32,087 bases of DNA from NCBI GenBank assembly GCA_046074885.1, contig JBJTPA010000014.1, positions 1 to 32,087 of the forward strand, given 5' to 3'. The DNA comes from Planctomycetaceae bacterium (lineage in GTDB: Bacteria > Planctomycetota > Planctomycetia > Pirellulales > UBA1268). Shown piece after piece: positions 8,321 to 17,650 of the stretch. The first letter of the stretch is position 1, and every line of letters begins with the position of its first letter. The position numbers and the translations under genes are program-made. The notes beneath the pieces were generated by a model. The model saw only the letters and a program-made list of their open reading frames with translations. It searched no databases and was not told the origin of the DNA.

Positions 8321-9376
8321 TCACCGGTAGTGCTTCTGCACCCACTCCCGGTACGCGCCGCTCGTGACGTTCGCGACCCAGTCCTGGTGGTCGAGGTACC
8401 AGCGGACCGTCCTGCGGATGCCCGTCGCGAAGGTCTCCGCCGGCTTCCAGCCGAGGTCGCGGGCGATCTTGCGGGCGTCGATCGCGTAGCGGCGGTCGTG
8501 GCCGGGCCGGTCCGTGACGTAGGTGATCTGGTCCGCGTAGGGCCTTCGATCGGCCCGCGGCCGCTCCTCGTCGAGGATCGCGCACAGCGTGCGCACGACC
8601 TCGAGGTTGGGTTTTTCGCTGTCGCCGCCGACGTTGTAGACCTCGCCCGGGACGCCCGCCGCGAGGGCCCGGCGGATCGCGGCGCAGTGGTCGCCCACGT
8701 AGAGCCAGTCGCGGACCTGCATGCCGTCGCCGTAGATCGGCAGCGGCTTGCCTGCGAGCGCGTTGTGGATGACGAGCGGGATGAGCTTTTCCGGGAACTG
8801 GAAGGGGCCGTAATTGTTGGAGCAGTTCGTGGTCACCACCGGCAGGCCGTAGGTGTGGTGGTAGGCGCGGACGAGGTGGTCGCTGGCCGCCTTGCTCGCC
8901 GAGTAGGGGCTGTTGGGCTGGTACTGGTTGGTCTCCGCGAAGGCGGGGTCGCCGGGAGCGAGCGACCCGTAGACCTCGTCGGTCGAGACGTGGAGGAACC
9001 GGAAGGCGTCACGGGCGGCGCCGGCGAGCGAGCCCCAGTGGGTGCGGGCCGCCTCGAGCAGCCGGAAGGTCCCCACCACGTTGGTCGCGACGAAATCCTC
9101 GGGGCCGTGGATGGAGCGGTCCACGTGGCTCTCGGCGGCGAAGTGGACGACCGCGCGGACGGCGTGCTCGGCGAGCAGCCGCTCCACGAGGTCGCGGTCG
9201 CCGATGTCGCCGCGGACGAAGACGTGGCGGGCGTCGCCCTCGAGCGTGGCGAGGTTGGCGAGGTTGCCGGCGTAGGTGAGCTTGTCGAGGTTCACCACCG
9301 GCTCGCCGCCGCCGGCGAGCCAGTCGAGGACGAAGTTCGAGCCGATGAATCCGGCGCCGCCTGTGACGAGAATCAT
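8321..9376 (-). CDS. rfbB: dTDP-glucose 4,6-dehydratase
   Basis: ILVTGGAGFIGSNF, DKLTYAGN, HFAAESHVDRSI, STDEVYG, YSASKA, CSNNYGPFQFPEKLIP, DRPGHDRRYA. Confidence 0.97.
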   Translation of the reverse strand: MILVTGGAGFIGSNFVLDWLAGGGEPVVNLDKLTYAGNLANLATLEGDARHVFVRGDIGDRDLVERLLAEHAVRAVVHFAAESHVDRSIHGPEDFVATNVVGTFRLLEAARTHWGSLAGAARDAFRFLHVSTDEVYGSLAPGDPAFAETNQYQPNSPYSASKAASDHLVRAYHHTYGLPVVTTNCSNNYGPFQFPEKLIPLVIHNALAGKPLPIYGDGMQVRDWLYVGDHCAAIRRALAAGVPGEVYNVGGDSEKPNLEVVRTLCAILDEERPRADRRPYADQITYVTDRPGHDRRYAIDARKIARDLGWKPAETFATGIRRTVRWYLDHQDWVANVTSGAYREWVQKHYR

Positions 9377-9469
9377 GCTGGTTTTTCGCGGTTTTGGAGC
9401 CGCCGGGTCGGGCCCGGGGGCGCGGCTATAGTGGAGCATACGGCCGTGTCCCCGTTCCGTGGAACGTCC

Positions 9470-9724
9470 ATGCTCACCGCCCGGCAGACCGTCGAAACCT
9501 ACTTCCTCGAGGCGCGGCACATGCTCCTCGAGGTGGCGGCGCTCCTCGACCGCCACGACGCAGCCGCGGCCCGCGACGAGGCCCCGCGAACTGGCACCGC
9601 CGCCGGCGATGCGGCCGCCCGGGAGAAGCTGGCCATCCTGCGCGAGGCCCTCGCGGTCCTCGCCTCTGAGCCGTGCGACGGCGAGCGGACGGCGAGGCTC
9701 CTCGACCTCTTCGCGCGGGTCTAG
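9470..9724 (+). CDS. Small helical hypothetical protein (84 aa)
   Basis: MLTARQTVETYFLEARHMLLEVAALLDRHD...; high-GC3 codon usage; fills the gap immediately upstream of the TatD-like gene. Confidence 0.72.
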   Translation: MLTARQTVETYFLEARHMLLEVAALLDRHDAAAARDEAPRTGTAAGDAAAREKLAILREALAVLASEPCDGERTARLLDLFARV

Positions 9725-9746
9725 CCCCGGCGGGAGCACGACGACC

Positions 9747-10589
9747 ATGCAGATCATCCAGCCCCACTACCACGCGATCGCCCGCACCGCGCAGGACTAC
9801 GAGCGGATGGCGATGAGCGGCGTCGTGGCCGTCGCCGAGCCGGCCTTCTGGGCGGGCTTCGACCGGAACTATCCCGAGACCTTCATCGACTACTTTCGGC
9901 AGATCAGCGAGTTCGAGCCGACGCGGGCGGCGCAGTACGGCATCCGTCACTTCTCCTGGGTGGCCGTGAACCCGAAGGAGGCCGAGAACCCGCAGCTCAC
10001 CCGCGAGGTGCTCAAGACGTTCCCCGAATTCTTCGCCAAGCCGACCGTGCTCGGGGTTGGCGAGACCGGGCTGCACAAGTCCACGAAGAACGAGTGCGAC
10101 GCCCTCGAGGCCCACGTGGACATCGCCATGCGGCACGGCCAGCTCGTGCTCATCCACACGCCGCACCTGGCCGACAAGGCCCACGGTACGAGGCGGGTGC
10201 TCGAGGTGCTCGCCGGCATGGACGTGGACCGCGAGCGGATCTGGATCGACCACGTCGAGGAGCACACCATCAAGCCCTGCCTCGACGCCGGCTACTGGGT
10301 GGGCTTCACGCTCTATCCCATCACGAAGTGCTCGCCGAAGCGGGCCGTGGACATGCTCGAGAAGTACGGCACGGAGCGGATTCTCGTGAACTCCTCGGCC
10401 GACTGGGGGCCGAGTGACCCGTTCACGCTCCAGGAGTGCATCCTCGAGTTCCGCCGCCGGGGACACTCGCTCCAGGAGGCCGTCGAGGTGTTCCACAACA
10501 ACCCCTGCCGGTTCCTCGGGCAAAACCCCAAGTTCGACATCCGCCCGATCCGGATCGCGCCGGCCGACGAGCCCGTGCTCGCCGGCTGA
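9747..10589 (+). CDS. TatD-family metallo-hydrolase, EboB-like subgroup
   Basis: QPHYH, EPAFW, NPKEA, GVGETGL, IHTPH, IDH, NSSADWGPSDP. Confidence 0.85.
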   Translation: MQIIQPHYHAIARTAQDYERMAMSGVVAVAEPAFWAGFDRNYPETFIDYFRQISEFEPTRAAQYGIRHFSWVAVNPKEAENPQLTREVLKTFPEFFAKPTVLGVGETGLHKSTKNECDALEAHVDIAMRHGQLVLIHTPHLADKAHGTRRVLEVLAGMDVDRERIWIDHVEEHTIKPCLDAGYWVGFTLYPITKCSPKRAVDMLEKYGTERILVNSSADWGPSDPFTLQECILEFRRRGHSLQEAVEVFHNNPCRFLGQNPKFDIRPIRIAPADEPVLAG

Positions 10590-10663
10590 CCGCCGACACG
10601 ACGATCCCCATGGTCGATTCCGCCGTCGCCATCGGCGGCCGCTGAACCCCGGACGCCGCCTCG

Positions 10664-11662
10664 ATGCACGATTTCGGATCGTTCCCCTCGACCCGCCCGC
10701 GGCGGCTGCGGCGCCACGACTGGCTCCGCCGCGCCGTCGCCGAGACCGCGCTGGCGCCGGCCGACCTCGTCTGGCCGCTGTTCGTCCACGAGGGCCGATC
10801 TGCCACGCCCGTACCGAGCATGCCCGGCGTCGAGCGGCTGTCGGTGGAGGGGGCCGTGCGGGCCGCGGAGGAGGCGGCGAAACTCGGGATCCCCGCGGTG
10901 GCGCTGTTTCCCGTGACGGACCCGAGGCAGAAGACCGACGACGGCCGGCACGCGCTCGACCCGGAGAACCTCGTCTGTCGCGCGGTCCGCGCGATCCGCC
11001 GCCGGCTCGGCGACGACGTGGGCATCGTCTGCGACGTCGCGCTCGACCCCTACACGAGCCACGGCCACGACGGCCTCCTCCGCGACGCGCAGGTCCTCAA
11101 CGACGAGACGGTCGAGATCCTCTGCCGCCAGGCGGTGGTGCTCGCCGAGGCGGGCTGCCACGTGGTGGCCCCGTCGGACATGATGGACGGCCGGGTGGGA
11201 AAGATCCGCTGGGCGCTCGATGCGGCCGGCCGGCAGGACGTGGCGATCCTCGCCTACGCCGCCAAGTACGCCTCGGCCTTCTATGGGCCATTCCGCGACG
11301 CGGTGGGGAGCAAGGCGGCGCTCGGCGCCGGCGACAAGCGGACCTACCAGATGGACCCGGCCAACGCCGACGAGGCGATCCGCGAGGTGGCCCTCGACGT
11401 GGCCGAGGGGGCCGACATGGTGATGGTGAAGCCGGCCATGACGAGTCTCGACATCATCCACCGCGTGAAGCGGGAGTTCGGCGTGCCGACCTTCGCCTAC
11501 CAGGTGAGCGGCGAGTACTCGATGATCCGGGCGGCGGCCGCCAACGGCTGGCTCGACGGCCGCAGGGCGGCGCTCGAGAGCCTGCTCGTCATCAAGCGGG
11601 CCGGCGCCGACTGCATCCTCTCCTACTTCGCCCCCGAGATCGCCCGCGGCATGTCGGCCTGA
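10664..11662 (+). CDS. hemB: Porphobilinogen synthase (Asp-rich, non-Zn type)
   Basis: RPRRLR, DVALDPYTSHGHDG, APSDMMDGR, YASAFYGPFRDA, YQMDPAN, MVKP, AYQVSGEY. Confidence 0.97.
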   Translation: MHDFGSFPSTRPRRLRRHDWLRRAVAETALAPADLVWPLFVHEGRSATPVPSMPGVERLSVEGAVRAAEEAAKLGIPAVALFPVTDPRQKTDDGRHALDPENLVCRAVRAIRRRLGDDVGIVCDVALDPYTSHGHDGLLRDAQVLNDETVEILCRQAVVLAEAGCHVVAPSDMMDGRVGKIRWALDAAGRQDVAILAYAAKYASAFYGPFRDAVGSKAALGAGDKRTYQMDPANADEAIREVALDVAEGADMVMVKPAMTSLDIIHRVKREFGVPTFAYQVSGEYSMIRAAAANGWLDGRRAALESLLVIKRAGADCILSYFAPEIARGMSA

Positions 11663-12399
11663 TGCTGCGTCTTGGCGATGACGACCTGCGATCCGGCATG
11701 GATCAGGTCGTACGAGCCCTGCTTGAGCCGGAGGAACGCGTTGATCGCGGCGCCGGGGTTGTCCCCGGGCCGGTCGTAGTACTTCCAGAGGTAATCGTCG
11801 AGGATCATCACGCCGCCCACCGCGAGCGCCTCGAAGCCCAGCACGGCGTCGACCAGCACGTCGTCCGCGCGATGGGAACCGTCGATGTAGACGAGGTCGA
11901 AGCACTCCCGCGGCGTGCAGGCCGCGAAATAGGCCTGGGAGGTGCCCTTCCACTTCACCACCCGGTCGCCGTACCTCCGCGTATTGTGGTCGAACCGGGC
12001 CTCGAGTTCGTCGAGGGCGTCCGCCCGGCCGACGTGCTCGTCGGCCCCCTCCCAGGTGTCGACGCAGGTGATGACCGAGCCGGCGAGTTGGTCGAGGACG
12101 AACCGGCACGAGAGCCCCTCCCAGCTGCCAACTTCCAGCACGCGGATGCCCCGGCGCCCCGCGAGACCCTGCCGCTTGAAGATAGCCAGCCACATGGGGA
12201 CGTGTCGCAGGAACCACGTCTGGGAGATCCGCGCGGCGTCCAGGCTCGCCGCGAACCGCTCCCCGGCGTCGCGGTTCTCAGCCGCGGCGTGAGCGGCTTC
12301 GCGCCGGCCGCGCACCACGCGCCACATCATGAACCATGACATGCCCGATCGGCGCAGGAAGGCCACCGCCCCGAATTTTCGTATGATCGCGCGGAGCAT
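11623..12399 (-). CDS. Class I SAM-dependent methyltransferase (Methyltransf_24-like)
   Basis: LEVGSWEGLS, CVDTW, FDLVYIDGSH, GGVMILDDYLW. Start uncertain. Confidence 0.85.
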   Translation of the reverse strand: MLRAIIRKFGAVAFLRRSGMSWFMMWRVVRGRREAAHAAAENRDAGERFAASLDAARISQTWFLRHVPMWLAIFKRQGLAGRRGIRVLEVGSWEGLSCRFVLDQLAGSVITCVDTWEGADEHVGRADALDELEARFDHNTRRYGDRVVKWKGTSQAYFAACTPRECFDLVYIDGSHRADDVLVDAVLGFEALAVGGVMILDDYLWKYYDRPGDNPGAAINAFLRLKQGSYDLIHAGSQVVIAKTQHQADMPRAISGAK

Positions 12400-12475
12400 G
12401 GATTCGCCGATGGTTTTCCGATCGCCAGGCATGCGGTCGCTGTCGACACCTCGTGACCATCGTCCCGCCGCGGCG

Positions 12476-13024
12476 TCAGGCACGCGGCCGGAACGCCACG
12501 AGCCGCTCCGGCTTCGTCTCTAGTCGCGGCGGGCCGACGGCGCCGGTGTGGATGAGGTCGATGCAGTATGGGATGGCGGGAAAGACGGCGTCGAGGCATT
12601 CGCGGATACTCTTCGGCCGGCCCGGCAGGTTGACGACGAGCGCACGGCCACAGACGCCGGCCGTCTGCCGCGAGAGGATCGCCGTCGGCACGTGCGCGAG
12701 CGACACCTGCCGCATCCGCTCGCCGAAGCCGGGCAGGAGCTTCGCGCAGACGAGCTCCGTCGCCTCGGGTGTCACGTCGCGTGGCGCCGGCCCCGTGCCG
12801 CCGGTCGTCACGACCAGACACGAGCCCACGTCGGCCAGTTCGCGGATGGCGGCGGCGATCGCCTCGACCTCGTCGGGCACGAGTCGCTCACGAGCCTCCC
12901 AGGGCGAGGCGAGCACCTCGGCCAGGTAGGCCAGGATCGCCGGGCCGCCCTCGTCGGCGTAGACGCCGCTGCTGGCGCGGTCGGAGACGGTCACGATGCC
13001 GATGAGGGCCGGCGGCGGGTTCAT
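12476..13024 (-). CDS. mog: Molybdopterin adenylyltransferase
   Basis: TVSDRAS.G.Y.D..GP, TTGGTGPAPRDVTPEAT, PGFGE.MR, AILSRQ, NLPGRPKSI. Confidence 0.95.
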   Translation of the reverse strand: MNPPPALIGIVTVSDRASSGVYADEGGPAILAYLAEVLASPWEARERLVPDEVEAIAAAIRELADVGSCLVVTTGGTGPAPRDVTPEATELVCAKLLPGFGERMRQVSLAHVPTAILSRQTAGVCGRALVVNLPGRPKSIRECLDAVFPAIPYCIDLIHTGAVGPPRLETKPERLVAFRPRA

Positions 13025-13068
13025 GGCTGCGATAAGGTCCCGTGGTGTCTCGGCAGGGCCGCCGATGT

Positions 13069-13434
13069 TCAGTGCGGCCACTCGAACAGGCGGAGGCGGT
13101 TGCCGTCGGGGTCGGTGACGACGAGCTCGCGGAAGCCCTCGGGGTGGGCGGCGGGGGCGGCGACGTCGGCGCCCGAGCGGACGAGCCGCTCGTGGGCGGC
13201 TTCGAGGTCCGAGACCTCGAAGCCGAGGCTCCAGCGGCCGCTCGCCGGCGGGGCGGCCGGACGCGACAGGATCGCCAGCCGCGTGTCGCCGGCGGCGAGC
13301 AGCGCGTAACCGTCGTCGATGACGCGGACGAGCACCCGCAGGCCGACGACGTGGCGGTACCACTCGACGAGTTCGGCCCACCGCGCGGTCCGCAGTTCCA
13401 CGCTGAACAGCGACGGCTGGTCGGCGGTGGTCAC
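13069..13434 (-). CDS. VOC/glyoxalase family protein
   Basis: WYRHVVGL, LGFEVSDLEAAHERL, FRELVVTDPDGNRLRL. Start uncertain. Confidence 0.82.
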   Translation of the reverse strand: MTTADQPSLFSVELRTARWAELVEWYRHVVGLRVLVRVIDDGYALLAAGDTRLAILSRPAAPPASGRWSLGFEVSDLEAAHERLVRSGADVAAPAAHPEGFRELVVTDPDGNRLRLFEWPH

Positions 13435-13583
13435 GGGAAGCGCCTCTCGCACGGGGGCCGGCACACGCCGGCCGGCCGCGGGGATTCTACGCCCTCCACC
13501 CCTTCACCAAACCGGCCGGATGCCCGACAATCCCGCTCCCGCCGTCGGCGCCGCCGCCGGCCGGCCACGAGGTGCCGATTCGC

Positions 13584-15077
13584 ATGCCGACCCCGACCGA
13601 CCCCGCGCCGCGGCCCGCCGGCACCGGAGCGCAGCTCGAGCAGGCCCGCCGCGCGAAACTCGACCGGCTCGTCGCCCTCGGCGTCGATCCGTGGGGGGGC
13701 CGGTTCGACGGCGCCGCGGCGATCGCGGGCGTGCGGAGCCGTGGCGACGCCATCGACAAGGCGGCCGACGACGGGCCGACGGTCCGCGTCGCGGGGCGGA
13801 TCATGCTGCTCAGGAGCGCCGGCAGCCTCGTGTTCCTCGATCTCCACGACCGCACCGGGCGGATCCAGGTCATGCTCGGCAAGAAGCAGGTCGGGGCCGA
13901 CGCCTGGAAGATCGTGGACTGCCTCGACCTCGGCGATCTCGTCGGCATCGACGGCCGCCTCGGCTGGTCGAAGACGGGCGAGATGACGGTGTTCGCCTCG
14001 GGGATCACCTTCCTGGCGAAGAGCCTGGAGACGCCGCCGGACAAGTTCCACGGGCTCGTCGATGCCGACCTTCGCCAGCGGATGCGCTACCTCGACCTCA
14101 TCCACGGCGACGGGGTCCGCGAGCGGTTCGTGGCCAGAAGCAAGATCATCGAGGCGATCCGCCGCGTGCTCGCCGACCGCGGCTACCTCGAGGTCGAGGG
14201 GCCGACGCTCCAGGAGACCGCCGGCGGCGCGGCGGCCCGGCCCTTCACGACGCACCACAACGCGCTCGACATGCCGCTCGTGCTCCGGATCGCGCTCGAA
14301 CTGCACTTGAAGCGGCTGCTCGTCGGCGGGCTCGAGCGGGTCTTCGAGCTCGGCCGCGTCTACCGCAACGAAGGCGTGAGCCCCCGGCACAACCCCGAGT
14401 TCACGATGCTCGAGGCCTACGAGGCCTACGGCGACTATGGATCCATGATGGACCTCACCGAGGGGATCCTCGTCGCGGCGGCGGCTGCCGCGGGCACGCC
14501 CGCGCGGTTCGAGTGGATGGGGCACACGGTGGATCTCACGCCGCCGTTCCGCCGCGCGACGTACGACGACCTGCTTCGCGAGGTGACCGGCTGCGACCCC
14601 GCCGATCCCGCGAGCGTGGCGGCTGCCGCCGCGACGCAGGGCATCGAGGTCCAGGGCCGCCATCCCGACGTCGTGAAGAGCGACCTCTTCGAGGCGACGG
14701 TCGAGAAGACCCTCTCGGGCCCCGTGTTCGTCATCGACTATCCCGCCGCCGTCTGCCCGCTCACGAAGCGGAAGGCGGGACAGCCGCACGTGGCCGAGCG
14801 GTTCGAGCTCTACGTCGCGGGCATGGAGCTCGCCAACGCCTACACCGAGCTCAACGACCCCGACCTCCAGGAGGAGCTGTTCAGGACCCAGCTCGCGGGG
14901 CTGCCGGCGGAGGAGTCGATGGCGCGGATGGACCACGACTTCATCCGCGCGCTGCGGCACGGCATGCCGCCGGCCGGGGGGCTGGGCGTCGGGATCGACC
15001 GGCTCGTGATGTTCCTCACCGCCGCGCCGAGCATCCGCGACGTGATCCTGTTCCCGATCCACCGGCCCAAGGCGTAG
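13584..15077 (+). CDS. lysS: Lysine--tRNA ligase (class II)
   Basis: VAGRIM OB-fold, RMRYLDLI, GGAAARPF.THHNALD, YRNEG..RHNPEFTMLE, ELANAYTELNDP, GMPPAGGLGVGIDR. Confidence 0.97.
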   Translation: MPTPTDPAPRPAGTGAQLEQARRAKLDRLVALGVDPWGGRFDGAAAIAGVRSRGDAIDKAADDGPTVRVAGRIMLLRSAGSLVFLDLHDRTGRIQVMLGKKQVGADAWKIVDCLDLGDLVGIDGRLGWSKTGEMTVFASGITFLAKSLETPPDKFHGLVDADLRQRMRYLDLIHGDGVRERFVARSKIIEAIRRVLADRGYLEVEGPTLQETAGGAAARPFTTHHNALDMPLVLRIALELHLKRLLVGGLERVFELGRVYRNEGVSPRHNPEFTMLEAYEAYGDYGSMMDLTEGILVAAAAAAGTPARFEWMGHTVDLTPPFRRATYDDLLREVTGCDPADPASVAAAAATQGIEVQGRHPDVVKSDLFEATVEKTLSGPVFVIDYPAAVCPLTKRKAGQPHVAERFELYVAGMELANAYTELNDPDLQEELFRTQLAGLPAEESMARMDHDFIRALRHGMPPAGGLGVGIDRLVMFLTAAPSIRDVILFPIHRPKA

Positions 15078-15101
15078 GGCCGGCGGACGAGTCCGTGTCA
15101 T

Positions 15102-15199
15102 TCCCTCTCCCTTTGGGAGAGGGTGGCTGAAGGCCGGGTGAGGGTGCTCTGTGGCTTTCCCGAGGCACCCTCACCCCGGCCTTCTCCCAGAGGGAGAGA
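15102..15199. repeat. Repeat family D: purine/pyrimidine-asymmetric palindromic unit
   Basis: CCCTCTCCC-ttt-GGGAGAGGG..GAAGGCCGGGTGAGGGTGC..GCACCCTCACCCCGGCCTTC-TCCC..GGGAGAG: long hairpin with mini-hairpins at both ends. Confidence 0.8.
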
Positions 15200-15269
15200 T
15201 CGGCACTTTTTCGGCCTTCTTTCTGCCGGGCGACGCTGCTACCTTCCCCAGCCCGCGCAAGGCCCCTGC

Positions 15270-16901
15270 ATGTACAAGCTGCTGCTCTGCTGGCGCTACC
15301 TCCGCACCCGCTGGATTGCGCTGGCGAGCGTCGTGAGCGTGACGCTCGGCGTGGCCACGATGATCGTGGTGAACGCCGTGATGGCGGGCTTCTCCCACGA
15401 GATGCAGACGCGGATCCACGGGATCCTCTCCGACCTCGTCTTCGAGAGCCACACGCTCTCGGGCTTCCAGGATCCGGCCTTCCACATGGAGGAGATCAGG
15501 AAGGCGGCCGGCGACGAGATCGCCGGGATGACGTCCACCGTGGCCGTGCCGGCGATGCTCTCCTTCCAGGTTCGCGGCCAGTGGGTCACGCGGCAGGTCA
15601 TGTTCATCGGCATCGACGAGGCGACCCACGCGGGTGTCAGCGACTTCGGCCGCTACCTCCAGCACCCGGAGAACCGCCGCCAGCTCTCCTTCGACCTCAA
15701 GGACGGCGGCTACGACACGATCGACAGCCAGTCCGACGCGGCCACACCCCAGGTGACGCGGCCGGCGCTCGAGGGGGCCGGCTGGCAGCACCGGCGGATG
15801 CGGGTCGAGCGGGAACGTGCCTGGCGGGAGAAGCAGGCGGCCGACCACGCCCGGGCCGATGCCGCCGCCGAGGCCGAGCGTGCCCCCCCCGACGCGGCCG
15901 CGCCGCGCCCTCTCGACCAGCAGGTCGACGCGCTCCTGGCCGCCACGGCCCCGGCCGAGTCCGCCGCCGGCGCCGCGCCGCGGCCCGCCGACCCCTTCCG
16001 CGCGGCCCGGCCCGACGAGGGCCGCACGATGGACCCCGCGCGGGAGCAGTTCACCGGCATCGTGCCCGGCATCGGTCTGGCGAGCTTCCGCGACGCCTCC
16101 GGCGTGGACCGGTTCCTCGTCCTCCCCGGCGACGACGTGAAGGTGACGTTCCCCACCGCCGGCACGCCGCCGAAGGCGGTCAGCGACACGTTCACGATCG
16201 TGGATTTCTACGAGAGCAAGATGAGCGAGTACGACTCGAACTTCGTGTTCGTGCCGATCGCGGCCCTGCAGCGGATGCGGGGCATGATCGACCCGCAGAG
16301 CGGGATCGCGAGCGTGAACTCGATCCAGATCAGGCTCCGGGACGGAGCCGACCTCGAGGAGGTCCGCGACCGGATTCGCAAGGTCTTCCCCGCCGACCTC
16401 TATGCCGTCTCCACCTGGCGCGACAAGCAGGGCCCGCTGCTCTCGGCGGTGGACATGGAGATGTCGGTGCTCAACATCCTGCTGTTCCTCATCATCGCCG
16501 TGGCCGGCTTCGGGATTCTCGCCATCTTCTTCATGATCGTGGTCGAGAAGACGCGGGACATCGGCATCCTCAAGTCGCTCGGCGCCCGGGCCGCGGGGAT
16601 CGCGGGGATCTTCCTCGGCTACGGCCTGTTCCTCGGCCTCGTGGGGGCCGGGGCCGGCATGGGCCTGGGCCTCGCCATCGTCTGGAACATCAACCGCATC
16701 CGCGCGGGCGTCGAGTGGCTCACGGGCCAGCGGGTCTTCGACCCCACCATCTACTACTTCTTCAAGATCCCCACGATCGTCGAGCCCTCCACGATCGCCT
16801 GGATCGTTGCCGGCGCCGTCGCGATCGCCGTGGCCGCGAGCGTTTTGCCCGCCCTGCGGGCGGCCCGCCTGCACCCGGTGGAGGCCCTGCGGCATGAGTA
16901 G
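15270..16901 (+). CDS. Lipoprotein-releasing ABC transporter permease (LolC/E family)
   Basis: RYLRTR..ASVVSVTLGVATMIVVNAVMAGF, MIVVEKTRDIGILKSLGA, PALRAARLHPVEALRHE. Confidence 0.9.
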   Translation: MYKLLLCWRYLRTRWIALASVVSVTLGVATMIVVNAVMAGFSHEMQTRIHGILSDLVFESHTLSGFQDPAFHMEEIRKAAGDEIAGMTSTVAVPAMLSFQVRGQWVTRQVMFIGIDEATHAGVSDFGRYLQHPENRRQLSFDLKDGGYDTIDSQSDAATPQVTRPALEGAGWQHRRMRVERERAWREKQAADHARADAAAEAERAPPDAAAPRPLDQQVDALLAATAPAESAAGAAPRPADPFRAARPDEGRTMDPAREQFTGIVPGIGLASFRDASGVDRFLVLPGDDVKVTFPTAGTPPKAVSDTFTIVDFYESKMSEYDSNFVFVPIAALQRMRGMIDPQSGIASVNSIQIRLRDGADLEEVRDRIRKVFPADLYAVSTWRDKQGPLLSAVDMEMSVLNILLFLIIAVAGFGILAIFFMIVVEKTRDIGILKSLGARAAGIAGIFLGYGLFLGLVGAGAGMGLGLAIVWNINRIRAGVEWLTGQRVFDPTIYYFFKIPTIVEPSTIAWIVAGAVAIAVAASVLPALRAARLHPVEALRHE

Positions 16902-17637
16902 CGCCACGCTCGATCGCGCCGGCGCCCCCGCGGAGCCCGCGGCGGTGAGCCTCCTCCGCGTGCACGGCCTGCGGAAGCACTATCGCTCCGGCGACCGCGT
17001 GCTCGAGGTGCTGCGCGGGGTGGACTTCGCCGTGGACGCGGGGGAATTCGTGGCCGTCGTCGGCCAGAGCGGCTCCGGCAAGAGCACGCTGCTGCACCTC
17101 ATGGGCCTGCTCGACGCCCCTGCCGCCGGCACGATCGAGCTCGACGGGAGCCGCATCGACGACCTCTCCGCGGGCCGCCGCGACCGGCTGCGGAACACCG
17201 CCATCGGCATGGTGTTCCAGGCCTACCACCTCCTGCCCGAGCTCGACGCCCTCGAAAACGTCCTCGCGCCGCTCATGGTCCGCCACGGGATCCTGGAGTG
17301 GCTCCGCGTCCGCGGCGACTTGCGGTCGCGGGCCCGCGCGCTCCTCGAGCGGTTCGGGCTCGGCGGCCGGCTGCACCACAAGCCGCGGCAGCTCTCCGGC
17401 GGGGAGATGCAGCGGGTGGCGATCGCACGGGCGCTCGTGGGCCGGCCGCGGCTGCTCCTCGCCGACGAGCCGACGGGCAATCTCGACGAGGCGACCGGCG
17501 CCGAAATCCTCGACACCCTGTGCGATTTGAACCGCCGCGACGGGCTTTCTATAGTGCTCGTCACGCACGACGCGGCGATCGCCCGGCGGGCCGACCGGAT
17601 CGTGCGGCTGGCGGCGGGCCGCGTCGAAGACGCCTGA
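16894..17637 (+). CDS. lolD: Lipoprotein-releasing ABC transporter ATPase
   Basis: GQSGSGKST, LSGGEMQRVAIARAL, LLADEPTGNLD, VTHD; overlaps the permease stop. Confidence 0.9.
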   Translation: MSSATLDRAGAPAEPAAVSLLRVHGLRKHYRSGDRVLEVLRGVDFAVDAGEFVAVVGQSGSGKSTLLHLMGLLDAPAAGTIELDGSRIDDLSAGRRDRLRNTAIGMVFQAYHLLPELDALENVLAPLMVRHGILEWLRVRGDLRSRARALLERFGLGGRLHHKPRQLSGGEMQRVAIARALVGRPRLLLADEPTGNLDEATGAEILDTLCDLNRRDGLSIVLVTHDAAIARRADRIVRLAAGRVEDA

Positions 17638-17650
17638 CCGAGGTGCCCCC

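Noticed and set aside
8321-9376. rfbB as part of a polysaccharide island
   Set aside because: No neighbouring rfbA/C/D or transferases; scattered pathway genes are ordinary in this lineage.
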